Below, one piece after another: positions 47,379 through 56,244 of a DNA stretch of 64,000 nucleotides. The stretch covers positions 3,295-67,294 of the forward strand of contig JAQBUV010000001.1 of assembly GCA_027623815.1 (NCBI GenBank). The letters run 5' to 3'. Each line of letters starts with the position of its first letter. Within the stretch, counting starts at the first letter, position 1. The notes below the pieces were generated by a model. That model searched no databases, was not told the DNA's origin, and saw nothing but the letters and a program-made list of their open reading frames with translations. Both the position numbers and the translations under genes were made by a program. The stretch is from Chloroflexota bacterium. Its GTDB lineage: Bacteria > Chloroflexota > Dehalococcoidia > Lucifugimonadales > UBA3495.

Positions 47379-47942
47379 ATGGCTTGGATTGAAGAAGCAG
47401 AACTGGAAGACCAGAACCTACCCGAGATTTTCCGGGTCATGTCCCTCAATCCGGGTGCATTGGGACTGGTCAAAGACCTCAATGAGGGTTTGTCTTTTGG
47501 CGGCTCAGGCTTGGCCCGAGTGCAGGAAGAAGCGATCGCCACGGTAGTCTCAGCGGCCAATCGGAGCCGTTATGGGGCGATGACTCACGGCGGCTTCCTG
47601 CGCCGGCAGTCGGGGGACGCTCAGTTGGTTAGCGACATTCTGCAGGACTATACCGTGGCTGACCTTTCCGACGCCGATCGGGCCATGCTGGACTTTGCCT
47701 TGAAGCTTACCCTGCGGCCATCCTCAGTAACCAAGGGGGACGTCGAAGGTCTGCGAGCAGAAGGTTACGAAGACCGCGAAGTCCTTTCTATCGTGCTTAC
47801 CACCTGCCTGATCAATTTCATGAACCGCCTGGCTGACGGTCTGGGGATTGACGTGCCGCCCGACTACCAAAAAGCGGTTTTGCAATGGTTGACCGGCCCG
47901 GCGGCAAGTCAGGAATGGCTGGTGAAGCCCAAACAAAAGTGA
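47379..47942 (+). CDS. AhpD-like peroxidase-related enzyme (CMD family)
   Basis: The ATG at 47379 gives MAWIEEAELEDQNLPEIFRVMSLNPGAL. Two CMD-like halves are present. Confidence 0.65.
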   Translation: MAWIEEAELEDQNLPEIFRVMSLNPGALGLVKDLNEGLSFGGSGLARVQEEAIATVVSAANRSRYGAMTHGGFLRRQSGDAQLVSDILQDYTVADLSDADRAMLDFALKLTLRPSSVTKGDVEGLRAEGYEDREVLSIVLTTCLINFMNRLADGLGIDVPPDYQKAVLQWLTGPAASQEWLVKPKQK

Positions 47943-47999
47943 ATCACCGCTAGCTGTTGACCGATCACGACGAAAGCCTGGAAGTGCTCACAGTTTATG

Positions 48000-48028
48000 T
48001 TGACAGCAAATCTGGGTTATGATACGGT
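48000..48028 (+). promoter_or_regulatory. candidate promoter of the T-box leader
   Basis: TTGACA (48000-48005), a 17-nt spacer whose 3' end provides a TG two nucleotides upstream of the -10, then TACGGT (48023-48028). Confidence 0.4.
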
Positions 48029-48040
48029 TTTCGAGCAAAG

Positions 48041-48300
48041 GCTGAGATGGAGACGAGTAGGTAAGTCGAAGCGTTCAGCGAGCCTGGTTTAGTGAGAGCA
48101 GGTGCGCTAACCTTGCTGAAAATCCCTCCGGAGCCGCCAGTTGAAAGCCCTAGTACGGTGAGTAAACCGGGTCGGGGTCGTCGCCCGTTAGCAACGACGG
48201 GGCATGTTAGTGTCCTGCTAGAGAGGTCCGAGCAATCGGATTAATAGGGTGGTACCGCGGGAATATTGGAAGTCCCGTCCCTATGTGGACGGGACTTTTT
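48041..48300 (+). promoter_or_regulatory. T-box riboswitch leader (tRNA-sensing transcription attenuator)
   Basis: The K-turn base is GCUGAGAUGGAG/CUCCGGAGC. Also present are the AGUA box (48056-48059), the AG bulge AGCGA (48077-48081) and the distal loop AGUGAGAG (48091-48098). The T-box sequence AAUAGGGUGGUACCGCGG lies within 48241-48260 (from 48243). An antiterminator competes with the terminator at 48271-48300. Confidence 0.85.
48271..48300 (+). terminator. intrinsic terminator of the T-box leader
   Basis: AGTCCCGTCC-CTATGT-GGACGGGACT forms a 10-bp perfect stem followed by TTTTT. Confidence 0.85.
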
Positions 48301-48367
48301 GTGTGTCCGATCAGTGGCTCTCCCATGCTTTCTCGGCAGGAGAAGGTCTTATATTTTGGAGGCTGCT

Positions 48368-50059
48368 TTGAAACTCAAAGGTTCGGAAATCATCTGCGAA
48401 AGCCTACTGCGCGAGGGCGTTGACGTCATATTTGGGCATCCGGGCGGGGCCATCCTGCCGCTGTATGATGCCCTGTGGAGCTACCCTCAACTCAGGCACA
48501 TCCTGGTGAGACACGAGCAATCGGCGGCCCACGCTGCCGACGGCTACGCCAGGATGACCGGCCGCCCCGGCGTTTGCGTCGCCACCTCTGGCCCCGGCGC
48601 GACCAACCTGGTAACCGGCATCATGGGCGCGCGCGCCGACTCGGTGCCAATGGTAGCCATCACCGGACAGGTAGCCCGCGCCGTGTTGGGTTCGGAGGCT
48701 TTTCAGGAATGCGACATTTGCTCCATTGTCGCCGCCTGCACCAAGCGCACCTATCTGGTAATGTCGCCGCAAGACCTGGCTCCGACAATACATGAGGCGT
48801 TCCGTACTGCGATGGAGGGCCGACCCGGGCCGGTGCTGATCGATGTACCTCGAGACGTACAGTTGGAAATGACGGAGTTCGAGTATCCGCCTATTCCTGA
48901 GTTGTCCTTGCCGCTGGTATCGGCAGAGACCTTGGAGCAAGTGCATCTGGCAGCGCGGCTGATCAACGAGGCCGAGCGTCCTGTGATCATCAGCGGGCAC
49001 GGCATCCTGGCCTCGGGTGCCTCTGAGGAACTGCAGACCCTGGCCGAATCGACGGGCATCCCGGTAATCAACACTCTGCTGGGCCTGAGCGGGTTTCCCC
49101 GCAATCATCACCTGAGCCTGGGCATGCTGGGTATGCACGGGATGTACTGGAGCAATATGGTGGTTGACCAGGCCGACCTGATAGTCGGTCTGGGCATGCG
49201 GTTTGACGACCGAGTCACCGGTAAGGTCTCCACCTTTGCCCCTCACGCGAGAATCATTCACCTGGACATCGAACCGTCTCAGGTTGGACGCAACGTTCCG
49301 GTGGAGGTACCCTTGGTGGGCGACGCCAAAGCGATACTGCGGGCGTTACTGCCGTTGGTCAAGCATGTGGATCGTCCGGACTGGATGGGTTACATTAGCG
49401 GCCAGAAAACCGACCATCCCTCTTTGGCAATCCCACCGGCGGACGTGCTGCAACCGCAACAAGTCCTGACCGAGATGAACGAACTCTTGCAGGAAAACTC
49501 GGACACAGTGATCGTAACCGGCGTCGGACAACATCAGATGTGGGCGGCGCAGTTCTTGTTCTTCAACAAGTTCAACACTTTCATATCCTCGGGCGGATTG
49601 GGAGCGATGGGTTTCGAATTGCCAGCGGCGATGGGCGCACAAATCGCCCGGCCAAATGCGCCGGTCTGGGCCATAGCCGGAGACGGCGGGTTTCAAATGA
49701 CCTTGCAGGAATTGGCTACCGTCGCTCAGGAAAAAATGCCCATCAAAATTGCGCTGTTCAACAACGGACACCTGGGCATGGTCAAACAGTGGCAGGAGTT
49801 GTTCTTCAACAACCATCTGAAGGAAGTGCCGATCCCAGGCCCTGACTACGTTAAATTGGCCCACGCTTACGGAATTCCTGCCAAACGGGTGGCCCATCAG
49901 GAAGATGTGATGCCCGCGCTCCGAGAGGCTCAGGCGTATGATGGCCCGTATCTGATCGAGTTTGTGGTCAACCCGGCAGCTCACGTGTACCCAATGGTAC
50001 CACCGGGTGGGGGACTCGCCGATACTCTGGAAGACCCGTTGACCACTTCCACAACCTAG
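48368..50059 (+). CDS. ilvB: acetolactate synthase large (catalytic) subunit, biosynthetic type
   Basis: Track ORF 48266-50059 is trimmed to the in-frame TTG at 48368, 7 nt after GGAGG. The upstream part overlaps the T-box terminator. The sequence has GVDVIFGHPGGAILP, RHEQSAAHAADGYAR, SGPGATNLVTG, and the ThDP motif GDGGF...NN. Confidence 0.9.
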   Translation: MKLKGSEIICESLLREGVDVIFGHPGGAILPLYDALWSYPQLRHILVRHEQSAAHAADGYARMTGRPGVCVATSGPGATNLVTGIMGARADSVPMVAITGQVARAVLGSEAFQECDICSIVAACTKRTYLVMSPQDLAPTIHEAFRTAMEGRPGPVLIDVPRDVQLEMTEFEYPPIPELSLPLVSAETLEQVHLAARLINEAERPVIISGHGILASGASEELQTLAESTGIPVINTLLGLSGFPRNHHLSLGMLGMHGMYWSNMVVDQADLIVGLGMRFDDRVTGKVSTFAPHARIIHLDIEPSQVGRNVPVEVPLVGDAKAILRALLPLVKHVDRPDWMGYISGQKTDHPSLAIPPADVLQPQQVLTEMNELLQENSDTVIVTGVGQHQMWAAQFLFFNKFNTFISSGGLGAMGFELPAAMGAQIARPNAPVWAIAGDGGFQMTLQELATVAQEKMPIKIALFNNGHLGMVKQWQELFFNNHLKEVPIPGPDYVKLAHAYGIPAKRVAHQEDVMPALREAQAYDGPYLIEFVVNPAAHVYPMVPPGGGLADTLEDPLTTSTT

Positions 50060-50179
50060 CGGGTTGGGCTAGAATATTCCTGAATATCCCGTTTCTGGCT
50101 ACCCCATGGTACATGCCTGAGAGTACAGGTCTAAAATTTTTGATTGTACCTGCTCATTAGCGGTAAGACGGAGGAAAAC

Positions 50180-50587
50180 ATGGAGTGGGTATCTATACTA
50201 GAGGCTTCCCGCCGCCTGAACGTGTCGCAAGATATTATTCGGCGTTATGCCCGTGAGGGACGCCTGCAATCCAAGAAGGAGGTCGCTGCCCACGGAGGAA
50301 CCGCCTGGGTGGTGGAACTGCCCGGAGAAGGTTGGGAGGACGACTTCAGGACTCATGTGCATGGCATCGCCGAGCGGTTGACTCCTTGGTGGTGGCCGAC
50401 TTCTGAGCGTAGCGGCGAAGTGCACTACGTTGACGGTTTGGGCATCGAGGAGATTGAGGCCCTGTTTATGTGCGGCATGTTGACCGATAACATCTGGCCG
50501 GCAGTGGGACACGACAAGGCCCTGAGGTGTCCCGAATGTTTGGCAGAAGTCGAAAAACGGGGACTGCCGGTGGAGACTCGCGAATAA
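50180..50587 (+). CDS. helix-turn-helix (excisionase/MerR-like) domain protein
   Basis: The ATG at 50180 lies 5 nt after GGAGG. The product starts MEWVSILEASRRLNVSQDIIRRYAREGRL. A C-terminal CPEC is present. Confidence 0.55.
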   Translation: MEWVSILEASRRLNVSQDIIRRYAREGRLQSKKEVAAHGGTAWVVELPGEGWEDDFRTHVHGIAERLTPWWWPTSERSGEVHYVDGLGIEEIEALFMCGMLTDNIWPAVGHDKALRCPECLAEVEKRGLPVETRE

Positions 50588-50621
50588 CCCTTGGGTGGGC
50601 AGAGGCTAGGACTGGCTCCAC

Positions 50622-51296
50622 TCAGGACTTTGGATTAGCTGGGGACAGTGACTGGCCCAGTTCACGGCGAGTCCGCCAGGTCACCGACTGAGACCGCCGC
50701 GTAATCTCTAGCTTGCCATGTATCGTCATGATGTGCTCTTTGACAGTGCTTTCGCTGAGCGATTCCTCGCCGGCTATTTCCGGGTCGTTTCTGCCCTGAA
50801 CCACCAGTTCAAGTATCCTCTTTTCAGCCTCGGTAAGCCTTCTCTCGGCTTGCTCTTCGCTGGCGGCGCTGACTCTGGCCAGAACTCTCCTGGTGACAGT
50901 AGGGTCAAGTAGAGAAGCTCCTTCCGATACCTTGCGGATGGTGTCGAGCGTTTCAGCACAGCAGATTTCTCTAAGCAAATACCCAGAGGCCCCGGCCAGC
51001 ACCGAACCCAGGATGGCCCGGTCATCACCATGTGCCGTTAGCAATAGCACTCGAATGTCAGGGAATCGAGCGCGAATTTCCCGGCTGGCCTCGATTCCAG
51101 ATCGGTCGGGAAGGTTGGTGTCGATCACTACGATATCTGGCTTCAGTTCGGCGACCTTGGCGATAGCCTCAGCGGCTGTGGAAGCTTCTCCCACTGTTTC
51201 AATGTCCCGGCGACGCGACATCAGCATGCACAAACACGCGCGCACAATATCGTGGTTTTCCACAATTAGAACCCGCAACGCCTTTTGTTCAGTCAT
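50622..51296 (-). CDS. NarL/FixJ-type response regulator (LuxR HTH output); no kinase in the window
   Basis: 224 aa with receiver motifs (LRVLIVENHDIV, DIVVIDTNLPD) and a C-terminal LTEAEKRILELVVQGRNDPEIA. Confidence 0.85.
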   Translation of the reverse strand: MTEQKALRVLIVENHDIVRACLCMLMSRRRDIETVGEASTAAEAIAKVAELKPDIVVIDTNLPDRSGIEASREIRARFPDIRVLLLTAHGDDRAILGSVLAGASGYLLREICCAETLDTIRKVSEGASLLDPTVTRRVLARVSAASEEQAERRLTEAEKRILELVVQGRNDPEIAGEESLSESTVKEHIMTIHGKLEITRRSQSVTWRTRRELGQSLSPANPKS

Positions 51297-51470
51297 GTCC
51301 CACCCAACTCTTTAAAGGTCTGATCCTAGTCTACCCACCAACCTGAGTATAGCATCTACCAACCGACGCCGGAAGCAGACTGGTGGCCTACGGTTTCCCC
51401 TGGTGCCAGGTTCAGGTATTATATCCTCAGTATTCCAGCCAATAAATTTACATAACGATTAGGAATTACT

Positions 51471-53030
51471 ATGTTCGATGTATTGATACAGAACGGCCGA
51501 ATCATAGATGGCACCGGCCAGACCTGGTTCCGGGGCAGTATTGGAGTCACCGGCGACACCGTCAGTGTCCTGCGAGGCGACATCTCGGCGGTGGCGGCCA
51601 CTAAAGTCATTGACGCCAGCGGCTACATGGTCTGCCCGGGGTTCATTGACATGCACTCGCACTCGGAGCTAATGATGCTCAGCGAACCGAAGCACGAGGC
51701 CAAGGTGCGACAGGGGGTCACTACCGAAGCAATTGGGATGGATGGCCTCTCCTATGCGCCATCTTCTCCGGCCAATCTGGAACTGCTGCTGGGCTACCTG
51801 GCCGCGGTCAACGGCACGCCTCCTCCTGACGTCCGTTGGGGCAGCGTCAAAGAATTCTTAGATTTGTTTGAAGGGCGTGCGTCTTGCAACGTGGCTTATT
51901 TCGTGCCCCACGCCGCCATCCGCGCCGAGGCGATGGGCTGGGAGGACCGCCTGCCCACTGCCGCCGAGATAGGGCGTATGCAAGAGTTGGCCCGGCAAGG
52001 GATGCGCGACGGGGCGTTTGGCTTCTCTACCGGGCTGACCTATGCCCCCGGCGCCTACAGCGACACCGATGAACTGGTGGCGGTATGCCAGGCCATCCGC
52101 GATTTGGGTGGATTCTACATGACCCACGCCCGTTACAGTCTGGGCGACCGTCTGCTGGATCCCTTCCGGGAGGCCTTGACCATTGGGCGGCTGGCTAAAG
52201 TGCCGGTGCATATTTCCCACTACCACAACCCGGTGGACGGCATGGGCGAGAAGATGGTGGCCCTGGTTGATGAAGGCCGCAACTCAGACATTGACGTAAC
52301 CTTCGATCAGTATCCCTATCCGGCGGCCAGCACCGTGCTCCACTCGCTGTTGCCCTATTGGGTGCACTCCGGTGGGCCGACGGCACTAATGCAACGGATC
52401 AAGGACCGCCGTATCCGCGACGAGATTGGCGACTCGGTGGACCCGCAATGGGGCATGACGTTAGACCACTACATCTTTAGCCACATCAAGTCGGATAAGA
52501 ACAAGGAATGGGAAGGACGTTCCCTAACCGACCTGGCAAAATCACGGGGAACTCGGATGGTAGACACCATTTGCGACCTGCTCATAGAAGAGGATTTGGA
52601 AGTGGCCTTCGTTGCCCGCACCGGCAACCCCGACAACATCCGTACCATCGTCAAGCATCCCGCGCAGATGGTCGGCTCCGACGGGCTGCTGACCGGCGGC
52701 CACCCCAACCCGCGCAGTTACGGCACTTTCCCCTACGTGCTGGGCCAGTTGGTACGCGAAGAGGGACTGCTGCAACTGGAAGAAGCGGTGCGCAAGATGA
52801 GCGCCATTCCGGCTCAGCGTTTGGGGCTGAAAGACCGGGGAATATTGCGCGACGGTATGAAGGCCGACCTGGTGCTATTTGACCCCCAACGAGTGGCCAG
52901 CAACGCTACTTTTGACCAACCCAAGCAGTACCCGGAGGGCATCGACTATGTGATGGTCAACGGCAAGCTGGTCATCGACAATGGGGCGCACACCGGAGCG
53001 ATGTCAGGGAGGGCCTTAAAGAGCCAGTAG
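51471..53030 (+). CDS. D-aminoacylase (N-acyl-D-amino-acid deacylase) family amidohydrolase
   Basis: 519 aa with the sequences MFDVLIQNGRIIDGTG, PGFIDMHSHSE and GMKADLVLFD. Confidence 0.85.
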   Translation: MFDVLIQNGRIIDGTGQTWFRGSIGVTGDTVSVLRGDISAVAATKVIDASGYMVCPGFIDMHSHSELMMLSEPKHEAKVRQGVTTEAIGMDGLSYAPSSPANLELLLGYLAAVNGTPPPDVRWGSVKEFLDLFEGRASCNVAYFVPHAAIRAEAMGWEDRLPTAAEIGRMQELARQGMRDGAFGFSTGLTYAPGAYSDTDELVAVCQAIRDLGGFYMTHARYSLGDRLLDPFREALTIGRLAKVPVHISHYHNPVDGMGEKMVALVDEGRNSDIDVTFDQYPYPAASTVLHSLLPYWVHSGGPTALMQRIKDRRIRDEIGDSVDPQWGMTLDHYIFSHIKSDKNKEWEGRSLTDLAKSRGTRMVDTICDLLIEEDLEVAFVARTGNPDNIRTIVKHPAQMVGSDGLLTGGHPNPRSYGTFPYVLGQLVREEGLLQLEEAVRKMSAIPAQRLGLKDRGILRDGMKADLVLFDPQRVASNATFDQPKQYPEGIDYVMVNGKLVIDNGAHTGAMSGRALKSQ

Positions 53031-53077
53031 CCTGTAGGCGCTTTCAGTCACGAGGAATATCGGGAGGTTCATATCTC

Positions 53078-53545
53078 ATGAACAATGAGTCAGCAAGGGT
53101 ACTGGTTCCGCCTCCGCTACCGTATTTGCTTCTCTTAGGAGCCGGGATCGCAATTCACTTCCTATGGCGGCCCATCTACATTTTTCCGGTCACATGGCTA
53201 GGGCATTCAACCGGGTGGCCATTATTACACGCCGCTGTGGCGCTACTCTTATGGGCAATTTTAACGATGCGACGTGCCGGAGAGGATGTTAGAGTAGAAA
53301 AGCCTACCAACTCACTGGTCTCTGCGGGCCCTTACAGGTTTAGCCGGAATCCCATCTACCTGGCGTTTATCGGGGTCTATATAGCCATTGCATTGATAGT
53401 CAATTCCGTCTGGCCGTTAGCGTTTTTACCCGCAGTTATCCTGGTTATTCAATACGCAGTAATCCTGCCAGAAGAGAAATACCTGGCCCCCCGCTTAGGC
53501 GAGGAATACCGGCAATACAGGGCCAAGGTGCGGCGGTGGGTCTAG
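53078..53545 (+). CDS. isoprenylcysteine carboxyl methyltransferase (ICMT/PEMT) family membrane protein
   Basis: 155 aa, hydrophobic, with GPYRFSRNPIYLAF and EEKYL motifs. Confidence 0.8.
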   Translation: MNNESARVLVPPPLPYLLLLGAGIAIHFLWRPIYIFPVTWLGHSTGWPLLHAAVALLLWAILTMRRAGEDVRVEKPTNSLVSAGPYRFSRNPIYLAFIGVYIAIALIVNSVWPLAFLPAVILVIQYAVILPEEKYLAPRLGEEYRQYRAKVRRWV

Positions 53546-53713
53546 GATATTTTAGAATTTGCTGCGGCAGGGTTCACGCCGGAGCGTTGTCGGGGAGGGC
53601 GTTGAGGAGCCAGTAATGACAGGGAGGCAGTAATTGTGAGTTTCTTCGATTTTTCTGCGGTTTGGGAGTACTTTGCCAGTCTTAGTCTGATTTAATGGGG
53701 TTTATTAATTGTA

Positions 53714-54106
53714 GTGTTACTGGCAGTATCTCTATTTGCCCTCTTCCTCCGCAAAATTAGCTCATCAAAGAGAAGAACGGTAGACAGTTGGTTACACTTT
53801 CACGAGTTGCTTTTCGGTGCATTCTTCTTGATTTTGGCGATCTTAGGTCTTATAAATACCATGCACCAAGCAGGAATAGACACCACGTTCGTTATTTTAG
53901 CTGGCCTTGCACTGATGTTGATTCTCTTTGCGAGGTGGCTAGTCAAATCTGAGGACGATAGGCATCAGAGGAGAGAAGAAGTTAAAGGCAGAGCTTCGGA
54001 CCAAGCTCCTCAGTCGCAACGCGCAACCCCGCCGATTTGGGCAACCGTGGGGGTAATGGTAGGAGTATCTGCGCTGGTTCTGATGCGGCGAACAAAGACG
54101 TCTTAA
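53714..54106 (+). CDS. hypothetical membrane protein
   Basis: 130 aa with a GTG start, about 3 hydrophobic segments and a charged linker. Confidence 0.45.
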   Translation: MLLAVSLFALFLRKISSSKRRTVDSWLHFHELLFGAFFLILAILGLINTMHQAGIDTTFVILAGLALMLILFARWLVKSEDDRHQRREEVKGRASDQAPQSQRATPPIWATVGVMVGVSALVLMRRTKTS

Positions 54107-54108
54107 AA

Positions 54109-54143
54109 GCAGAAGAGGCGGGTTTTAGACCCGCCCCTTCTGC
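54109..54143. terminator. GC-rich hairpin between convergent genes
   Basis: GCAGAAGAGGCGGGT-TTTAG-ACCCGCCCCTTCTGC, with 14 of 15 positions paired. Confidence 0.55.
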
Positions 54144-54170
54144 GCTAAGTTTTGCCGGTTAGGAACTAAA

Positions 54171-54935
54171 CTACCGCCCCTTCCAGACCGGGGCGCGCTT
54201 CTCGGCGAAGGCTTTTACACCCTCGGCGGCGTCCTCGGTGTGCAGCACCACGTCGCGCTTCAACTGAGCGAAGGCCACTCGACGTTCCAAATCCATCGCC
54301 GCGCCCATGATGGATGACTCCTTGATCGCCGCCAGCGACAGGGGAGCGTTCGCTACGATCTTCTGAGCGATTTCCACCGCCCGGGGCATCACCTCTTCCG
54401 GCGCAACCACATGGTTGACCAGCATCAATTCGTGGGCGCGGTTGGCGTCAATGAAGTCGCCGGTGAACAGTATTTCGAAGGCGATGTTCTTGGGCAGAAT
54501 CTGGGCCAGCAGAGCCGGGCCGCTGACCGATGATATGCCCCGCTTCACCTGAGGCCAGCCGAACTTAGCTTCGCTAGAGGCGATGCGGATGTCGCTGCCC
54601 AGGGCCAAGCCACACCCCTGAGCCAGACAAATACCATTGATGGCGGCGATGATGGGCTTCCAAATGTTAGACTGCACCACGTACAGGTCGCCGGTGCTGG
54701 GGCCCTCATTGGCGCGGGCGTTAGCCATCGCTACCAGGTCATGTCCGGTGGAGAAGGCGCGACCGCTGCCGGTGACGATGGCGCAGCGGACTTCGGGGTT
54801 GTGCTTCACGTCCTGGAACGAGTCCCACAGAATCTGGCGCATCTCCGGGTTAATGGCGTTCAGCTTCTCCGGTCGGTTCAGGGTGATATAGGCAATGCCA
54901 TCTTTAATTTCGTATAAAGCTTCTGCTTCGGGCAA
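54171..54935 (-). CDS. enoyl-CoA hydratase/isomerase (crotonase) family protein
   Basis: 254 aa with the sequences ITLNRPEKLNA, VTGSGRAFSTGHD and INGICLAQGCGLAL. Confidence 0.9.
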   Translation of the reverse strand: MPEAEALYEIKDGIAYITLNRPEKLNAINPEMRQILWDSFQDVKHNPEVRCAIVTGSGRAFSTGHDLVAMANARANEGPSTGDLYVVQSNIWKPIIAAINGICLAQGCGLALGSDIRIASSEAKFGWPQVKRGISSVSGPALLAQILPKNIAFEILFTGDFIDANRAHELMLVNHVVAPEEVMPRAVEIAQKIVANAPLSLAAIKESSIMGAAMDLERRVAFAQLKRDVVLHTEDAAEGVKAFAEKRAPVWKGR

Positions 54936-54969
54936 AGTGATCCCTCCTGCGAGTGTTTTCTTGATTGTC

Positions 54970-56244
54970 TCAGATAATTCGTGATCCGGTGGGTTTGGTT
55001 CCGATCACGCCGTCTTGTTCCAGTTCGATAATCTCCTGGTCGGTCAATCCCAGCAACTGGCTATAAATCTGGTGATTGTGCTGTCCCAACGTGGGTGAAG
55101 GCCAGTGCACCTGCCCCGGCGTCTCTGACATCCGCCAGGCAAACCCAGGATACCACTTTGGCCCCACCTGGGAGTGGTTAACTTCGTTGAAAGTGTGCCG
55201 GTCTCGATAGTGGGGGTCTTGCAGCAAGTCCGGCCCGCGCAGCACCGGCCCGGCCGGGATGCCTTGCTCCTGTAATTGCTGGGTAATCTGGTACATCTCC
55301 CGACTAGCCGTCCAGGCCCCGATGATGTCGTCCAGTTCATCTTGATTCTGAAGGCGGGCCTCCAAAGTCGCGTAACGCGCGTCGGCGGCTAATTCAGGAT
55401 GCCCGGTGGCCTCCGCCAGTCTCGCCCACTCGTCATCGGAAGTGACGGCGATGGTCACCCAGCGGTCTTCGCCAGCGCAGGGGTAGGTGTTGTGCGGGGC
55501 AAAGTGGGTCGATCGGTTGCCCATGCGCTCCGGTTCTTGGCCGGTCATCTGATAGGCCAAGACTTCGCCGCCAATCAGCGACACCGCCGATTCTTGCTGG
55601 GAAACATCAACAAACATCCCCTCGCCAGTGCGCTTGCGGTAGCGCAGGGCCGCCAGCACCACCCCAGCGGCGTGGGAGCCAGTGATCGGGTCGCCGTGGT
55701 TGATGCCCGACTTCATTGGCCCTTCATCGCGGTAGCCAGTCATGTGGGCCATGCCGCAAAGCTGCTCCTGGCCAATACCGTAGGCGACATAACTCTGCCA
55801 GGGGCCGCTGTTGCCGAAGGCCGGCATGGAAACGTAAATTAGGTCGGGGCGGATTTTCTTCAAAACTTCGTAGGTGTACCCCAACCGCTCCAGAGTCCCC
55901 TGGCGGAAGTTCTCCACCACTACGTCGCTGATCGACACCAGCTGCTCAAAGACTTTGCGCCCGGCCTCGTGGGTCAGTTCCAGCGTAATGCCGTACTTGC
56001 TCATGTGCAGGCAGTTGAACCAACCGTTGCGGTTCCAGGGTTCCTCGCCCGGGTCGGCATCTGGATAGGCGGCGATGCCCGGGGCGGGAGTCACCGGGCC
56101 TCGGTGGGAGTCATAAACACGGAGCGACTCCATTTTCACGATTTCAGCGCCCATGTCAGCCAGCAATTTGGTGCAGTAAGGGCCAGCCCAAATGCGGGAC
56201 AAGTCCAAGACGCGGTAGTTCTTCAGCGGTTGAGGGGCGGTCAC
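54970..56244 (-). CDS. family III (CaiB/BaiF) CoA-transferase
   Basis: 424 aa with YRVLDLSRIWAGPYCTKLLADMGAEIVKMES. The GTG start directly abuts the stop of the upstream paralog. Confidence 0.9.
   Translation of the reverse strand: MTAPQPLKNYRVLDLSRIWAGPYCTKLLADMGAEIVKMESLRVYDSHRGPVTPAPGIAAYPDADPGEEPWNRNGWFNCLHMSKYGITLELTHEAGRKVFEQLVSISDVVVENFRQGTLERLGYTYEVLKKIRPDLIYVSMPAFGNSGPWQSYVAYGIGQEQLCGMAHMTGYRDEGPMKSGINHGDPITGSHAAGVVLAALRYRKRTGEGMFVDVSQQESAVSLIGGEVLAYQMTGQEPERMGNRSTHFAPHNTYPCAGEDRWVTIAVTSDDEWARLAEATGHPELAADARYATLEARLQNQDELDDIIGAWTASREMYQITQQLQEQGIPAGPVLRGPDLLQDPHYRDRHTFNEVNHSQVGPKWYPGFAWRMSETPGQVHWPSPTLGQHNHQIYSQLLGLTDQEIIELEQDGVIGTKPTGSRII

Noticed and set aside
48266-48367. The upstream extension of the ilvB ORF (MEVPSLCGRDFLCVRS...).
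   Set aside because: It overlaps the T-box terminator stem and T-run. A TTG with a GGAGG RBS at 48368 yields the canonical ALS N-terminus.
50180-51296. The excisionase-like HTH gene plus response regulator read as a remnant of an integrated mobile element.
   Set aside because: There is no integrase, att-like repeat, tRNA target or compositional break flanking the pair.
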